Positions 24,111-34,003 of a stretch of 38,378 bases of DNA are shown piece by piece. Within the stretch, counting starts at the first letter, position 1. Every line of letters begins with the position of its first letter. The notes below the pieces were generated by a model that saw nothing but the letters and a program-made list of their open reading frames with translations, did not search any database and was not told the DNA's origin. The translations under genes were made by a program, and so were the position numbers. This stretch comes from a virus (lineage: Duplodnaviria > Caudoviricetes). The DNA lies in the IMG/VR virus record IMGVR_UViG_3300012990_000007, positions 1 to 38,378 of that record. The stretch is one strand, 5' to 3'.

Positions 24111-25673
24111 ATGGATCTACACTTCCGCAACGCAGACGGCATAAATTCCGATCCCGTCTCGCTTGCAAAGCCGCTGCCCGTTTTTATCGCCCCGGAATCA
24201 TCGCTGTATGAAGTCTCCGGCGTTGCGATTGCCACGGCTGGCGGGGCTGCTGCCGCGTCCTATGCCAAGGATGACACGATAACGATTGCGGGCGGCACCT
24301 ACACCTCGCAGGCATCGGTAACGGTTGCCGCCTCCAAGCTGGTCGGCATCTCGGTAAACGCAGCGGGCACGGGTTACGCCCCGGATGACACGCTTGCCTT
24401 ATCGGGCGGCACGCAAACGACCGCCGCGCAGCTTACTGTCACCAGCACCAAGCTCGCCAGCCTGGCCCTGAATGCTGCCGGTACGGGCTACGCCGCCACC
24501 AATACCATCGCGCTGACGGGTGGCACGCAGACAACGCCTGCCCAGTTGACGGTCGCAACCACAAAGCTGATTTCAGCGGCTGTCCTTGCGGCGGGTACGG
24601 GCTATGTCCCGGACGACACGATCACCCTGGCTGGTGGCACGGCTGGGACCAAGGCCATTCTCACCGTCACCCACACCAAAGTCATCACGGCAGCCATCGT
24701 TTCAGGCGGCACGGGCGGCACGCCGGGAGCGGTCACCATCACCGGCACGACCGGCACCGGGACGAAGTTCGAGGCCACTGGCACAATCGGCGGCGACGGC
24801 ATTCTGGCCGGAGACCTGGTTGTCACGGTTGCGGGCGACTACACGGTCAATCCCACCGATATTGCGGTGGAGCCTGTAACGGGCGGGAGCCTGTCCGGTG
24901 CGACCGTAATCCTGACGCTGGGCGTGCTGACATTCACGGTCACCAACGCCGGTTCCTACACCGTCAATACCGCGTCATTCACGCAGGATGCCACCTCCGG
25001 CACCGGCACGGGCGCGACATTCAACACCGCCGTCTTTGGCATCAACACCTTCACCATCACGGCGGCTGGCGTCTTTACGTCCAATTCGTCCACCTTCACC
25101 CAGGCGTCAACCTCCGGTTCCGGCACCGGGGCGACCTTTCAGACCGCCGCATACGGCATCAGTGCCGTTTCCATCAGCGGCGCGGGCGTGTTTACGGCCA
25201 ACAGCCTGACCTTCACGCAGGCTTCCACCTCCGGCGGCGGCAGCGGCGCTACCTTCAACACCGCCTATTTCGGGTTACAGGCGATTGCGCTGACCACAGC
25301 CGGTACTTACAGCGTCCAGCCAGAAAATCCCGCCGCGCAGGATGCATCGTCCGGCTCGGGTACGGGCGGCGAGTTCACCCTGACATTTTCCGCCCTTCCG
25401 CAAGCCAACGTCGGCGCGAATGTCGCGTCCAAGCAGGTAACAGTTGCCGACACCGCCACGCTGATCGTTGCCGAGCGGGTTGGCCGGGAGTCCGTCACCA
25501 TCACCCAGCATGGCTCCACGGCGCTGTATCTCGGCCCGGCAGGCGTCACCGCGACCACCGGCATGGTTCTGGTCGGCACCGCTGGCGCATCGCACAAGTT
25601 CGACACCACTTCGGCCATTTACGGCGTCACGGCATCAAGCACATCCGTAGTCGGCGCGCTTGAGGTCTTTTAG
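24111..25673 (+). CDS. Gly/Thr/Ala-rich repeat virion protein (fibre/spike candidate)
   Basis: Four ~38-aa AAGTGY..DT repeats, a central unit, four ~39-aa TSGxGTGATF repeats, C-terminal beta domain. Confidence 0.8.
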   Translation: MDLHFRNADGINSDPVSLAKPLPVFIAPESSLYEVSGVAIATAGGAAAASYAKDDTITIAGGTYTSQASVTVAASKLVGISVNAAGTGYAPDDTLALSGGTQTTAAQLTVTSTKLASLALNAAGTGYAATNTIALTGGTQTTPAQLTVATTKLISAAVLAAGTGYVPDDTITLAGGTAGTKAILTVTHTKVITAAIVSGGTGGTPGAVTITGTTGTGTKFEATGTIGGDGILAGDLVVTVAGDYTVNPTDIAVEPVTGGSLSGATVILTLGVLTFTVTNAGSYTVNTASFTQDATSGTGTGATFNTAVFGINTFTITAAGVFTSNSSTFTQASTSGSGTGATFQTAAYGISAVSISGAGVFTANSLTFTQASTSGGGSGATFNTAYFGLQAIALTTAGTYSVQPENPAAQDASSGSGTGGEFTLTFSALPQANVGANVASKQVTVADTATLIVAERVGRESVTITQHGSTALYLGPAGVTATTGMVLVGTAGASHKFDTTSAIYGVTASSTSVVGALEVF

Positions 25674-27853
25674 TGGCGTATACCGAAGCGGTTGAAGAGC
25701 CTGAGAAGGCGTCTGAAACCAAGGCTGCATCGATTGACCTGTTGCCGCTGGTCCACGCCGAGATGCAGCGCGCCATTGGCTTTGAGCAGGATGCGGACCT
25801 TACCGCCGACCGCGAACGGGCGCTGAGTTATTACAAGGGCGATGTCTCCAAAGACATCCCGACCCTGCCGAACCGCTCCAAGGCTGTCTCGTCGGACGTT
25901 TCGGACGCCATTGAGACGCTTCTGCCCGACCTGATCGAGATATTCATTGGCGGCGATGATGTCGTGGCATTCATCCCGCAGACTGCCGAGGATGTTGAGA
26001 CGGCGGCGCAGGAAACCGCCTATCTGCATCATGTCGCATTCCAGGAAAACCCCGGCTTCCTCAATCTCAATACCGCCATCAAGGACGCGCTGCTTCTCAA
26101 GGTGGGCGTGGTCAGCTGGGACTGGAAAGAGGACATCGAGGACCAAGAGCATCAGTTTACCGGCAAAAATATCGTGGAGTTGCAGCTTGCGGCCCAGGAT
26201 GGCGAGGTTTCCAACGTCAAGCCGGAGACGGAAGGCGTTGATCTTCGGAGCGGCGAGCAGACCTACAGCTTCACGCTGACCAAGACCCGCGACTGTTCCA
26301 AGGCCGAATGGTGGTGCGTTGCTGCGGACGATTTCGCCGCATCTGCCGATACCGTCAACATCGCGGACGCGACCTATACCTGTGAGAGGCAGCGGCCCCG
26401 CGTTCAGGATCTGATCGCCCAGGGTTTCGACGCGGACAAGGTTCTGGCGCTCCCGCCCTACGCATTCGGGGATGACCAGGAAATACAGCAGGCCCGCGAC
26501 ACGGCGGGCGAGAGCGATACCGGGGTCGATAACAACACCGACCCGAACCTTCGACAGGTTGAAATCCGCCGGCACTGCATCCGGGTGCTGGGCAAGGACA
26601 ACAAGCTGGAACTGCACTGCATCTACACTGACGCGGACGCCACGGTTGAGATTCACCGCGAGGAGATCAACGAAATCCCCTATGCGGTGGGCTCGCCGTA
26701 TCTGGTGCCGCACCGCCTTATAGGTCGCTCGGTTGCCGATCTTCTGATCGAGGTGATGAAGATCAAGACGGCGCTTTACCGCATGGTGCTGGACTCGGGG
26801 TATTTCGCCCTGAACCAGCGCAGCGAAATTGCGATGGACCGGGCCAATGATTTCACCATCTCGGACCTGCTGCGCAATGAGCCGATGGCGCCGGTTCGCT
26901 CCAAGTCGGGCGATGCGGTCAGGCCGCTGGTGGCGGGTCCGCTGAACTTCGACCCCTACAAGGCCATTGAGTTCTTCTCGACTGTCGCGGAAAGCCGCAC
27001 AGGCGTTGTCCGCAACGCACAGGGGCTAAACCCCGACACGCTGCACGATACCGCCAAGGGCGCGATGATGCTGCTGAGTGCCGCCCAGAAGCGCACACGG
27101 ATGATTGCCCGTGTCCTGGCCGAGACGCTTATCAAGCCGCTGTTCCTTGGGCTTCACGCCTGTATTCGCGAAAACTCGCAGGCCGAGAGGCAGGCGCGGC
27201 TGCTGGGCAAGTGGGTTCCGGTCAGCCCCTCACGCTGGTCCACCCGCAACGCCATGACCGTGGAAGTCGGGCTGGGCGCGGCTGGCAAGGAAGCCGAGAT
27301 CGCGGCCATCAACCAGATCGCCATGGATATGCAGGAGATCGTCAAGGTTCAGGGCGGTGGGCAGGGTCCGCTGGTGACCATGCAGAACGTCTACAAGCTG
27401 GTGACCGACAAGGCCAAGAAGCTGGGCGTCAAATCGCCCGATGAATACTACACCGACCCCGCATCTGAGGAAGGCCAGGCTGCGATGGCGGCGATGGGCC
27501 AGAAGCCCGATCCCGACATGGCTAAGGTCCAGATGGAGGGCCAGATGGCGCAGGCCCAGATGCAGCAGGACGGGCAGATCAAGTCGGCCCAGATAGCGCA
27601 GGATGCACAGGCCAAGATGGCCCAGACGCAGGCCCAGAACGCGATGGACGAGCAGCGCATGACGCGCGAGTTCGAACTGAAGCGGTATCAGATCGAGGCC
27701 GAGATGGCACTGAAGGAACGCCAGCTTGTCGCTGAACTGGACCTGAAGGAACGCCAGATGATTGCCGAGATGGCGATGCGCGAGCGGATGAATGTCCAGA
27801 AGGTCGAAACCGGGCTGACCAGCAGCGTGCAAATGGGAGGCGATCCGGGGTGA
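25673..27853 (+). CDS. Portal protein, P22 gp1-like, with C-terminal Q-rich helical barrel
   Basis: 726 aa; ALSYYKG, DVSDAIETLLPDLIEIF, ESRTGV, VEVGLGA motifs. Confidence 0.93.
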   Translation: MAYTEAVEEPEKASETKAASIDLLPLVHAEMQRAIGFEQDADLTADRERALSYYKGDVSKDIPTLPNRSKAVSSDVSDAIETLLPDLIEIFIGGDDVVAFIPQTAEDVETAAQETAYLHHVAFQENPGFLNLNTAIKDALLLKVGVVSWDWKEDIEDQEHQFTGKNIVELQLAAQDGEVSNVKPETEGVDLRSGEQTYSFTLTKTRDCSKAEWWCVAADDFAASADTVNIADATYTCERQRPRVQDLIAQGFDADKVLALPPYAFGDDQEIQQARDTAGESDTGVDNNTDPNLRQVEIRRHCIRVLGKDNKLELHCIYTDADATVEIHREEINEIPYAVGSPYLVPHRLIGRSVADLLIEVMKIKTALYRMVLDSGYFALNQRSEIAMDRANDFTISDLLRNEPMAPVRSKSGDAVRPLVAGPLNFDPYKAIEFFSTVAESRTGVVRNAQGLNPDTLHDTAKGAMMLLSAAQKRTRMIARVLAETLIKPLFLGLHACIRENSQAERQARLLGKWVPVSPSRWSTRNAMTVEVGLGAAGKEAEIAAINQIAMDMQEIVKVQGGGQGPLVTMQNVYKLVTDKAKKLGVKSPDEYYTDPASEEGQAAMAAMGQKPDPDMAKVQMEGQMAQAQMQQDGQIKSAQIAQDAQAKMAQTQAQNAMDEQRMTREFELKRYQIEAEMALKERQLVAELDLKERQMIAEMAMRERMNVQKVETGLTSSVQMGGDPG

Positions 27854-28047
27854 TGCGCATGAAATCCAACAATGCAGCCGAGTGCATCGGCGCAGCGTAC
27901 CTCGCCCTGTTGTCAATTCCCCACAATCATCCGGCCCGTCTCCGGTTGCAGTCAGTCCTGGCGACCGTTCGTGATGAGGTTGCCGAGATGACCGGGCTTT
28001 CGCCAGAAGAAGTCCAGGCATCCTTTGAGACCACAGTGCTGCATTGA
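27850..28047 (+). CDS. Hypothetical protein
   Basis: Overlaps both neighbours by 4 nt. Confidence 0.55.
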   Translation: MMRMKSNNAAECIGAAYLALLSIPHNHPARLRLQSVLATVRDEVAEMTGLSPEEVQASFETTVLH

Positions 28048-28310
28048 CCGAAGAGCAGGCGCGCAAGGCTCAGTCTCAGGGCCGCGAGTTTCCTGAGACC
28101 ATGGAAATCCTTGGCCGCGTGCGTGAGGCGCTTGCCGCGCAGGTTTTCAAGACCCCGATCAGCGCCGCGCAGCAGCGTGAAGACCTTTACACCCGCGTAC
28201 AGGCGCTAGACGCCCTGCGCACTGAAATGGCGACCGTGCTGGCTTCCAACGCCAGTGAGAAGGCAATCGAAGCCTACGCCGAGAGTATCGCGACAACCGG
28301 CCAATCCTAG
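28044..28310 (+). CDS. Hypothetical helical protein in head operon
   Basis: TTGA overlap; usual slot between portal and scaffold. Confidence 0.7.
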   Translation: MTEEQARKAQSQGREFPETMEILGRVREALAAQVFKTPISAAQQREDLYTRVQALDALRTEMATVLASNASEKAIEAYAESIATTGQS

Positions 28311-28337
28311 CCGGATCGCATTTCCCCAAGGTGAAAC

Positions 28338-29342
28338 ATGACCCCTGACGCTCCTGCGGCAGACAATGCCCCTTTGACTATTGACCAGGCCATTGCGTCA
28401 TTAAACGCGACAGAAAAGAAAGACGAGGCGCCGGTACAGTCCGACGCAGCCTCACTAGAGGGACCGAATACGGAGGCCGAACCAGCGGCCACCGACGCCA
28501 GCGAGCCGGAAACGGTAGCCGATGGCGACAATGCGGAAACGGAAGAAGGCGAGGCTGAGGGGGAACCCGAACAGCACGCCATCGAGCCGCCGCGCTTCTG
28601 GGACGCTGAAGCAAAAGAACGCTTCCGCGAACTACCCCGTGACCTTCAAGAGTTGGTGCTTTCGAAGGAGACCGAACGCGACAGAGCAACCTCCCGCGCG
28701 ATGCAGGAAGCTGCCGAGAGGCGTAAGGCCGCAGATGGCGAAGCATCCCGGATAAGCCAGCTTAACGGCGTCCTGGACAAGCTGCTCCCCCAAGCAATCG
28801 AGACGTTCAAATCCCGATGGGATGGCGTCGATTGGAATGCCGTCGTTGACCAGTACGGTGCCGAACAGGCGCTCAAGCTGCGCAACGATTTCGAGAAAGA
28901 GCAAGTCGTGGTTCAGCAGCTTCAGGCTGCCAAGAACAACGCCGAGCAGGTTCAATACCAGCGATACGTCGAAGCGGAGTCCTCAAAGCTCCCACAACTG
29001 TGTCCCGAATTGGCAGACGCCAAGGAAGGGCCTTCGCGCCGCGCGGCATTGGGCAAATTCTTGATCGACAGCGGCGTACCACCCGAAGCGATCCGGCATA
29101 TTTCGGCACAAGAGACGGCGATTGCTTACGACGCCATGCGTTGGAGACAGGCCCAGGCGAGTGCCAAGGCCAAAACCTCCGCTCCCCCGACACCGGCAAG
29201 ACAAAACACGCAGCCCAGGCCGTCCGTGCGTCCCACGGCGTCTCCGGCTCGCGCCCCCGAAACCGCAAGGCTCAAGTCACTCGAAGGAAGGTTCGCTCAG
29301 AACCCCTCGATTGAAAACCTTGAAGCCCTGCTCAATGCATAA
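28338..29342 (+). CDS. Capsid scaffolding protein
   Basis: Acidic N-terminus, PPRFWDAEAKERF, coiled coils, directly before capsid gene. Confidence 0.85.
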   Translation: MTPDAPAADNAPLTIDQAIASLNATEKKDEAPVQSDAASLEGPNTEAEPAATDASEPETVADGDNAETEEGEAEGEPEQHAIEPPRFWDAEAKERFRELPRDLQELVLSKETERDRATSRAMQEAAERRKAADGEASRISQLNGVLDKLLPQAIETFKSRWDGVDWNAVVDQYGAEQALKLRNDFEKEQVVVQQLQAAKNNAEQVQYQRYVEAESSKLPQLCPELADAKEGPSRRAALGKFLIDSGVPPEAIRHISAQETAIAYDAMRWRQAQASAKAKTSAPPTPARQNTQPRPSVRPTASPARAPETARLKSLEGRFAQNPSIENLEALLNA

Positions 29343-29353
29343 GGACTAATACA

Positions 29354-30307
29354 ATGGCCGCTCCCACTGGTGCTAATACCACCCTCGTCAATATCGGCAA
29401 CCGCGAAGACCTGGACAACAAGATTCACCGCGTTGCGCCGGAAGAAACCCCGTTCATGTCCAATATCGGTCGCGTTGACGCGAAGAGCGTGACGCACGAA
29501 TGGCAGACGGAAACCCTCACCAGCCCGTCCGCCACCGCCCAGCTTCTGGAAGGTGATGACGTCACCACGCTGGACAACCCGAACCTCACCACCCGTCTGG
29601 GCAATATCTGCCAGATCAATGGCAAGAAGTTTGGTGTTACCGGCACCCAGCAGGAAGTGGACTCCGCTGGCAATTCCGGCAGCCTGACCCGTCAGCGTAT
29701 CCTCAAGGGCATCGAGGCCCGCCGTGACGCCGAGCTGCGCTTCACCGGCAACTACGCCACCGTGACGGAAAGCGGTTCCACCGCCCGTAAATCCGGCGGC
29801 GCGCTGGCTGGCATCACCAGCAACGTCAGCCTCGGCGCTGGCGGTTCGGTCACGGCCATCAGCGGCTCGACCTGGGCCGCTGCCACCCCCGGCACCACCC
29901 GCACCTTCACCGAGGCGCTGGTCAAGTCGGTTCAGTCGGCGGCGTTCTCGGCTGGTGCGCGTCCGAAGATGGCGATGATGGGTCCGACCCAGAAGCAGGC
30001 ATGGTCGGCGTTCACCGGCGTTGCCTCGATCCGCAAGGACGCTCCGGGCGACAAGATGGCGACCCTGATCGGCGCTGTCGATGTCTATGTCTCGGACTTC
30101 GGCAACCTGTCGCTGGTTCCGCATCCCTACGCGCTGACCACTTCGGTCATCGGCATCGACCCCTCGATGTGGGCGGTTGGCGTGCTGCGCGGCTGGAAGA
30201 CCCAGAAGCTGGCGAAGATCGGCGACAGCGACCGCGAGGAAATCCTTTGCGAACACACCTTGGTGGCTCGCAACGAGAAGTCCTCCTGGGCGATCCACGC
30301 CGTCTAA
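29354..30307 (+). CDS. Major capsid protein (DUF5309/SU10-like)
   Basis: GNREDL...PEETPF...HEWQTE...RLGNICQI...KIGDSDRE...EHTLVARNEK; strong codon bias. Confidence 0.93.
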   Translation: MAAPTGANTTLVNIGNREDLDNKIHRVAPEETPFMSNIGRVDAKSVTHEWQTETLTSPSATAQLLEGDDVTTLDNPNLTTRLGNICQINGKKFGVTGTQQEVDSAGNSGSLTRQRILKGIEARRDAELRFTGNYATVTESGSTARKSGGALAGITSNVSLGAGGSVTAISGSTWAAATPGTTRTFTEALVKSVQSAAFSAGARPKMAMMGPTQKQAWSAFTGVASIRKDAPGDKMATLIGAVDVYVSDFGNLSLVPHPYALTTSVIGIDPSMWAVGVLRGWKTQKLAKIGDSDREEILCEHTLVARNEKSSWAIHAV

Positions 30308-30315
30308 TGAACTGC

Positions 30316-30346
30316 GGGGCGGCTCATTGTGGGTCGCCCCATTTTT
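30316..30346 (+). terminator. Intrinsic terminator after capsid gene
   Basis: GGGGCGGCTCA-TTG-TGGGTCGCCCC then ATTTTT. Confidence 0.8.
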
Positions 30347-30360
30347 CCAGAGGAGTTTGA

Positions 30361-30639
30361 ATGGCCCGCCCTAAAAACGCAGCCGCCGTCAGCGCTGTCC
30401 CGGAAGTTGAGGATTTTGAGACGCCGGTCCACGTTGTCAAAGCGGACGAAGACGCCCCCGATGGCACTGTCAAAGTACGGGTTTTGCCGAAGGGCGCAGG
30501 CCGCATTGCGACCGGCCATTACGACCGGCAGCTGAACGTCTTCACCTATCACGACAAGGGCGACCATCTGTTTTTGCATCCTTCCATTGCCAGGGTGCAG
30601 GAAGATGCCGGGTTTGTGGAGATCGTGAGTGGCGCGTAA
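30361..30639 (+). CDS. Hypothetical protein
   Basis: GAGGAG RBS. Confidence 0.75.
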   Translation: MARPKNAAAVSAVPEVEDFETPVHVVKADEDAPDGTVKVRVLPKGAGRIATGHYDRQLNVFTYHDKGDHLFLHPSIARVQEDAGFVEIVSGA

Positions 30640-30952
30640 GGAGTTTCTGCTCCGCTCAAGTTCAGGGATTGACCATTTTCTGCGCCATGAGGGCGATGGC
30701 TCCATTCATCTCGAATCCCATCAGGATGCCGAGCCGTTCCTTGACGTTAACAAGGCCCAATACACCCACAACGATGGCTACAACCCGGATCGCACCATGC
30801 GCCGGGCGGCGAGCATCCCGTCAATCCTTGTCTACAAGTGGCTGTTGGAGGAGGGGTGGAACGCGGCTGATCCTGAAAACTGGGACAAGCTGAAAGAAAA
30901 GCTCAATTCATCGGAATATCTCTATCTGCGCACGGCGCCGGGGAGGCTTTAA
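30629..30952 (+). CDS. Conserved podophage hypothetical protein
   Basis: QDAEPFLDVNK...RRAASIP...KLNSSEYLYLRT. Confidence 0.8.
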   Translation: MARKEFLLRSSSGIDHFLRHEGDGSIHLESHQDAEPFLDVNKAQYTHNDGYNPDRTMRRAASIPSILVYKWLLEEGWNAADPENWDKLKEKLNSSEYLYLRTAPGRL

Positions 30953-31594
30953 GTGGCGCTAGATACCTATTCCGGGCTGAAGGCTACGGTTGCGGATTTT
31001 TTGAATCGGACGGATTTGACAGCGGCCATTCCCGGCTTCATCACGCTGGCCGAGGCGCAGATCAATCGCCGCATGATGAAAGACGGCCCGGTGCGCCAGA
31101 TGATGGCCCGCGCGGACGCGACGATTGACGACGAGTATGTGGCCGTGCCGACCGACTTTCTGGGCACGCGCGCCATTTACATGACGGACGCCGACCCGGC
31201 CTATCTGCTGCAATATCTCGATCCTGAAAAGATGATCGACATCAAGTCCAGGACCGTCACCCCCAGCGGCCCGCCGAAGAATTTCTCGGTTGTCGGGAGC
31301 GAGTTCCAGTTCTACCCGTGGGCCGGTGGCTCCTATGCCGGTGAATTGACCTACTGGCAGAAAATCCCGGCGCTTTCGGACACGGCCACATCGAACTGGC
31401 TGCTGACCGATCACCCCGATATTTACCTGTATGCGGCGCTGCTTCAATCGGCGCCCTATCTCAAGGACGACGAAAGACTGGCGGTTTGGGGTCGCCTCTT
31501 TGTCGAAGCCATCAATGATCTGGTGGTGGCTGACCGGCTTGCCCGTTCCGCGCCCCACATCGCCATTCCGATCCCGTTCGGGAACGCCCCCTAA
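30953..31594 (+). CDS. Head-to-tail adaptor
   Basis: MALDTYSGLKATVADFLNRTDL...FITLAEAQINR...SNWLLTDHPDIYLYAAL. Confidence 0.85.
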   Translation: MALDTYSGLKATVADFLNRTDLTAAIPGFITLAEAQINRRMMKDGPVRQMMARADATIDDEYVAVPTDFLGTRAIYMTDADPAYLLQYLDPEKMIDIKSRTVTPSGPPKNFSVVGSEFQFYPWAGGSYAGELTYWQKIPALSDTATSNWLLTDHPDIYLYAALLQSAPYLKDDERLAVWGRLFVEAINDLVVADRLARSAPHIAIPIPFGNAP

Positions 31595-31609
31595 AAAGAG
31601 GTCTGCCAC

Positions 31610-32026
31610 ATGGCAAACGCTATCTATCCGAAATACAAGGAAGCCCTTCTGACGGGTTCCTCCAATTCCTCGCTGACCGTGGATGACACCACGGACGGCA
31701 CCTATGTCGCGCTGGTTGATACCGGCACCTACAGCTACTCGGCTGCGCATCAGTTCTACAGTTCACTGTCGGGCATTGTCGGCACCCCGCAGCGCATCGC
31801 GACCCCGACCGTCACAAGCGGCACCTTCGACGGCGACAACGTGACCTTCACGGCTGTCTCCGGCAACGACGTTGAGGCGCTGGTGATCTACCGCAAGAAC
31901 AGCGGCGCGGACACGACATGGCGGCTGGTCGCCTATATTGATACATCGGTTACGGGATTGCCGGTCACCCCGAATAGCGGGGACATAGACATTACCTGGA
32001 ACGCATCAGGCATATTCACGCTGTAA
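31610..32026 (+). CDS. Tail/fibre-associated structural protein
   Basis: MANAIYPKYKEALL...GLPVTPNSGDIDITW. Confidence 0.75.
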   Translation: MANAIYPKYKEALLTGSSNSSLTVDDTTDGTYVALVDTGTYSYSAAHQFYSSLSGIVGTPQRIATPTVTSGTFDGDNVTFTAVSGNDVEALVIYRKNSGADTTWRLVAYIDTSVTGLPVTPNSGDIDITWNASGIFTL

Positions 32027-32037
32027 GGACCGGGTTC

Positions 32038-32304
32038 ATGCGGCGCATCGGCTCCTTGCGCCTGCACAAGCAGTTCCCCCGCGTCTGGCTGATATGGGGG
32101 CCGGGCTTTGCCTTCCAGGCTTACTTCTATCCCTGCGTGTCGTTTGGCATCCACTTCGATGCTTCCCGCCTGCTGCTGGATATTCATTTCCTGTTTTTCA
32201 CGCTCGCCATAGGGAAGCGGGCGCACATCACGAACAAGGAAGACAGGACGCGCCATTCCAGCCGTGGCTTCATGTTTGAGACGGATCCGAAGGCGTGGCT
32301 CTAG
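32038..32304 (+). CDS. Hypothetical aromatic-rich protein inserted among tail genes
   Basis: TAAGGA RBS; fills gap exactly. Confidence 0.6.
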   Translation: MRRIGSLRLHKQFPRVWLIWGPGFAFQAYFYPCVSFGIHFDASRLLLDIHFLFFTLAIGKRAHITNKEDRTRHSSRGFMFETDPKAWL

Positions 32305-33990
32305 ATGGCAACTACTGGATTTGTCCTTGGTACGGCCAGTGCGAACGTCACAGGGTCATGGTCTAACCTCGCCAATGTTCTGGCCGAGGACGACACGACC
32401 ACATCGTTTACGACCACGACCAAGAGCGATGACCGGCTTTTCCGGGTTTATACCTTCGATTTCGATACCCTGCTGCCAGCCAACTGCACCATCAATGCGG
32501 TCAACTGGAAGCATCGGGGATCGAGATCAACCGGCGGCACGCTAGAGGCGTGGCTTCGGACGGGTTCATCGGACGGCACCGCATCCGGTAACGCGAACAC
32601 CTCGCTCACCACGGTCACGGTCAGCGGCGCGGCAAAGCCTGGTGGCGGTTCGTGGGTTCGTGCCGATCTCGTCAACTCCGCCTTTGAGGTCCGCTGCCGG
32701 GGCCTGCAGCCGAACAACACGACATCGCGGACATACAGCTTCGCGTGGGTTGAGGTTGAGGTTGATTATACTGAGATTGTGGCGCCGACCGTCACGACGG
32801 CTGCGGTCTCGGACATTCTCATCGTCACCGCGACGGGTGGTGGCAACGTCACGGCGGACGGTGGCGCGACCATCACCGAGCGCGGCGTTTGCTGGAATAC
32901 CAGCACCACGCCGACCACGGCCAACAGCAAGGCGACCGCAGCCGGGACAACCGGGGCATTCACCGCCTCGCTGACAGGGCTTTCGGCGAACACGCATTAC
33001 TACGTTCGCGCCTATGCCATCAATTCAATCGGCACCAGCTACGGCTCGCAGGAGGAGTTCGATAGCCTTGCCAGCACCGGATACGGCGCGGGCAATTACG
33101 GGTCGGGGACATACGGACCCAGCGCAGGCGGCGTCACGCTTACGCCGAGCCTGTTTGTCAGTTCGGCCACGTTCTACAGCCAGACGCTGGCCGCATCGTA
33201 CCGCCTCACCGCAGCCTTGTTTGCGGATGGTGACACGTTTCATTCGCCAACGGTTGCGCCCGGAAGCGTGGCCCTTACTCCGGCCCTGTATTCGGACGGA
33301 GACACGTTTTATAGCCATTCGCTGGCGGCGTCTTACAGCCTCACCGCATCACTGTTTGCGGACGGGGACACGTTCCACACAGCAACGGTTGCACCCGGTG
33401 GCGTAACCCTTACGCCGTCCCTGTTCTCGGACGGTGACACGTTCTACGGCCCGACGGTATCAAGCGGCCAGTCCATCCTTGCGCCGGACCTTTATGTAGA
33501 CGGCGACACGTTCCATGCGGCGACAGTCGCACCTGGAAGCGTAACGCTTGCACCCTCGCTGTTTTCAGACGGGGACACGTTCCACGCGGCGGCGGTTGCG
33601 GCATCGTATGGCTTGGCCCCAAGCCTTTACACTGATGCGGACACGTTCTTCGCCGCATCGGCCTTTGCGTCTTATGGATTAGCGCCGTCTCTGTTTGCAG
33701 ACGGGGACACGTTTTTCACACCGACCGTTACGGCGAGTACTCAGGGCGCAACACTATCGCCTGGGATTTTCGTCAGTGCGTCGGAGTTTTTTGCGGCTGC
33801 GGTCCGGTTCCCTATCGGCAACGGCTGGTATCGCGTGCCGGTTAATAGCGCGGCGTGGAGCGGCGCTTCGCCCGATTCTGACATTTGGACGCCAGTCACC
33901 CCGGCAGAAACGCCATGGGATACGCAGGCCCAATCAACCGATCCATGGACGCCGGTAACACCCGGCACATCCACTTGGGATCAAAGCTAA
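32305..33990 (+). CDS. Tail fibre-like protein: N-terminal beta domain, FN3-like domain, 10 repeats, Trp-periodic tail
   Basis: ITERGVCW...YYVRAYAINSIGTSYG; LxPSLFxDGDTF repeats. Confidence 0.8.
   Translation: MATTGFVLGTASANVTGSWSNLANVLAEDDTTTSFTTTTKSDDRLFRVYTFDFDTLLPANCTINAVNWKHRGSRSTGGTLEAWLRTGSSDGTASGNANTSLTTVTVSGAAKPGGGSWVRADLVNSAFEVRCRGLQPNNTTSRTYSFAWVEVEVDYTEIVAPTVTTAAVSDILIVTATGGGNVTADGGATITERGVCWNTSTTPTTANSKATAAGTTGAFTASLTGLSANTHYYVRAYAINSIGTSYGSQEEFDSLASTGYGAGNYGSGTYGPSAGGVTLTPSLFVSSATFYSQTLAASYRLTAALFADGDTFHSPTVAPGSVALTPALYSDGDTFYSHSLAASYSLTASLFADGDTFHTATVAPGGVTLTPSLFSDGDTFYGPTVSSGQSILAPDLYVDGDTFHAATVAPGSVTLAPSLFSDGDTFHAAAVAASYGLAPSLYTDADTFFAASAFASYGLAPSLFADGDTFFTPTVTASTQGATLSPGIFVSASEFFAAAVRFPIGNGWYRVPVNSAAWSGASPDSDIWTPVTPAETPWDTQAQSTDPWTPVTPGTSTWDQS
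33139..33806 (+). repeat. Ten 22-25-codon intragenic tandem repeats
   Basis: L(T/A)PSLF.DGDTF(H/Y) units; DNA core GACACGTT recurs. Confidence 0.85.
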
Positions 33991-34003
33991 CTGGAGTCAC
34001 GGC

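Noticed and set aside
30300-30360. Capsid read-through or frameshift extension
   Set aside because: Tandem stops TAA TGA followed by a terminator; no slippery site
33139-33806. CRISPR-like or DGR repeat array
   Set aside because: Repeats are in-frame protein repeats with synonymous variation; no cas or reverse transcriptase gene; no adenine-specific TR/VR pair seen
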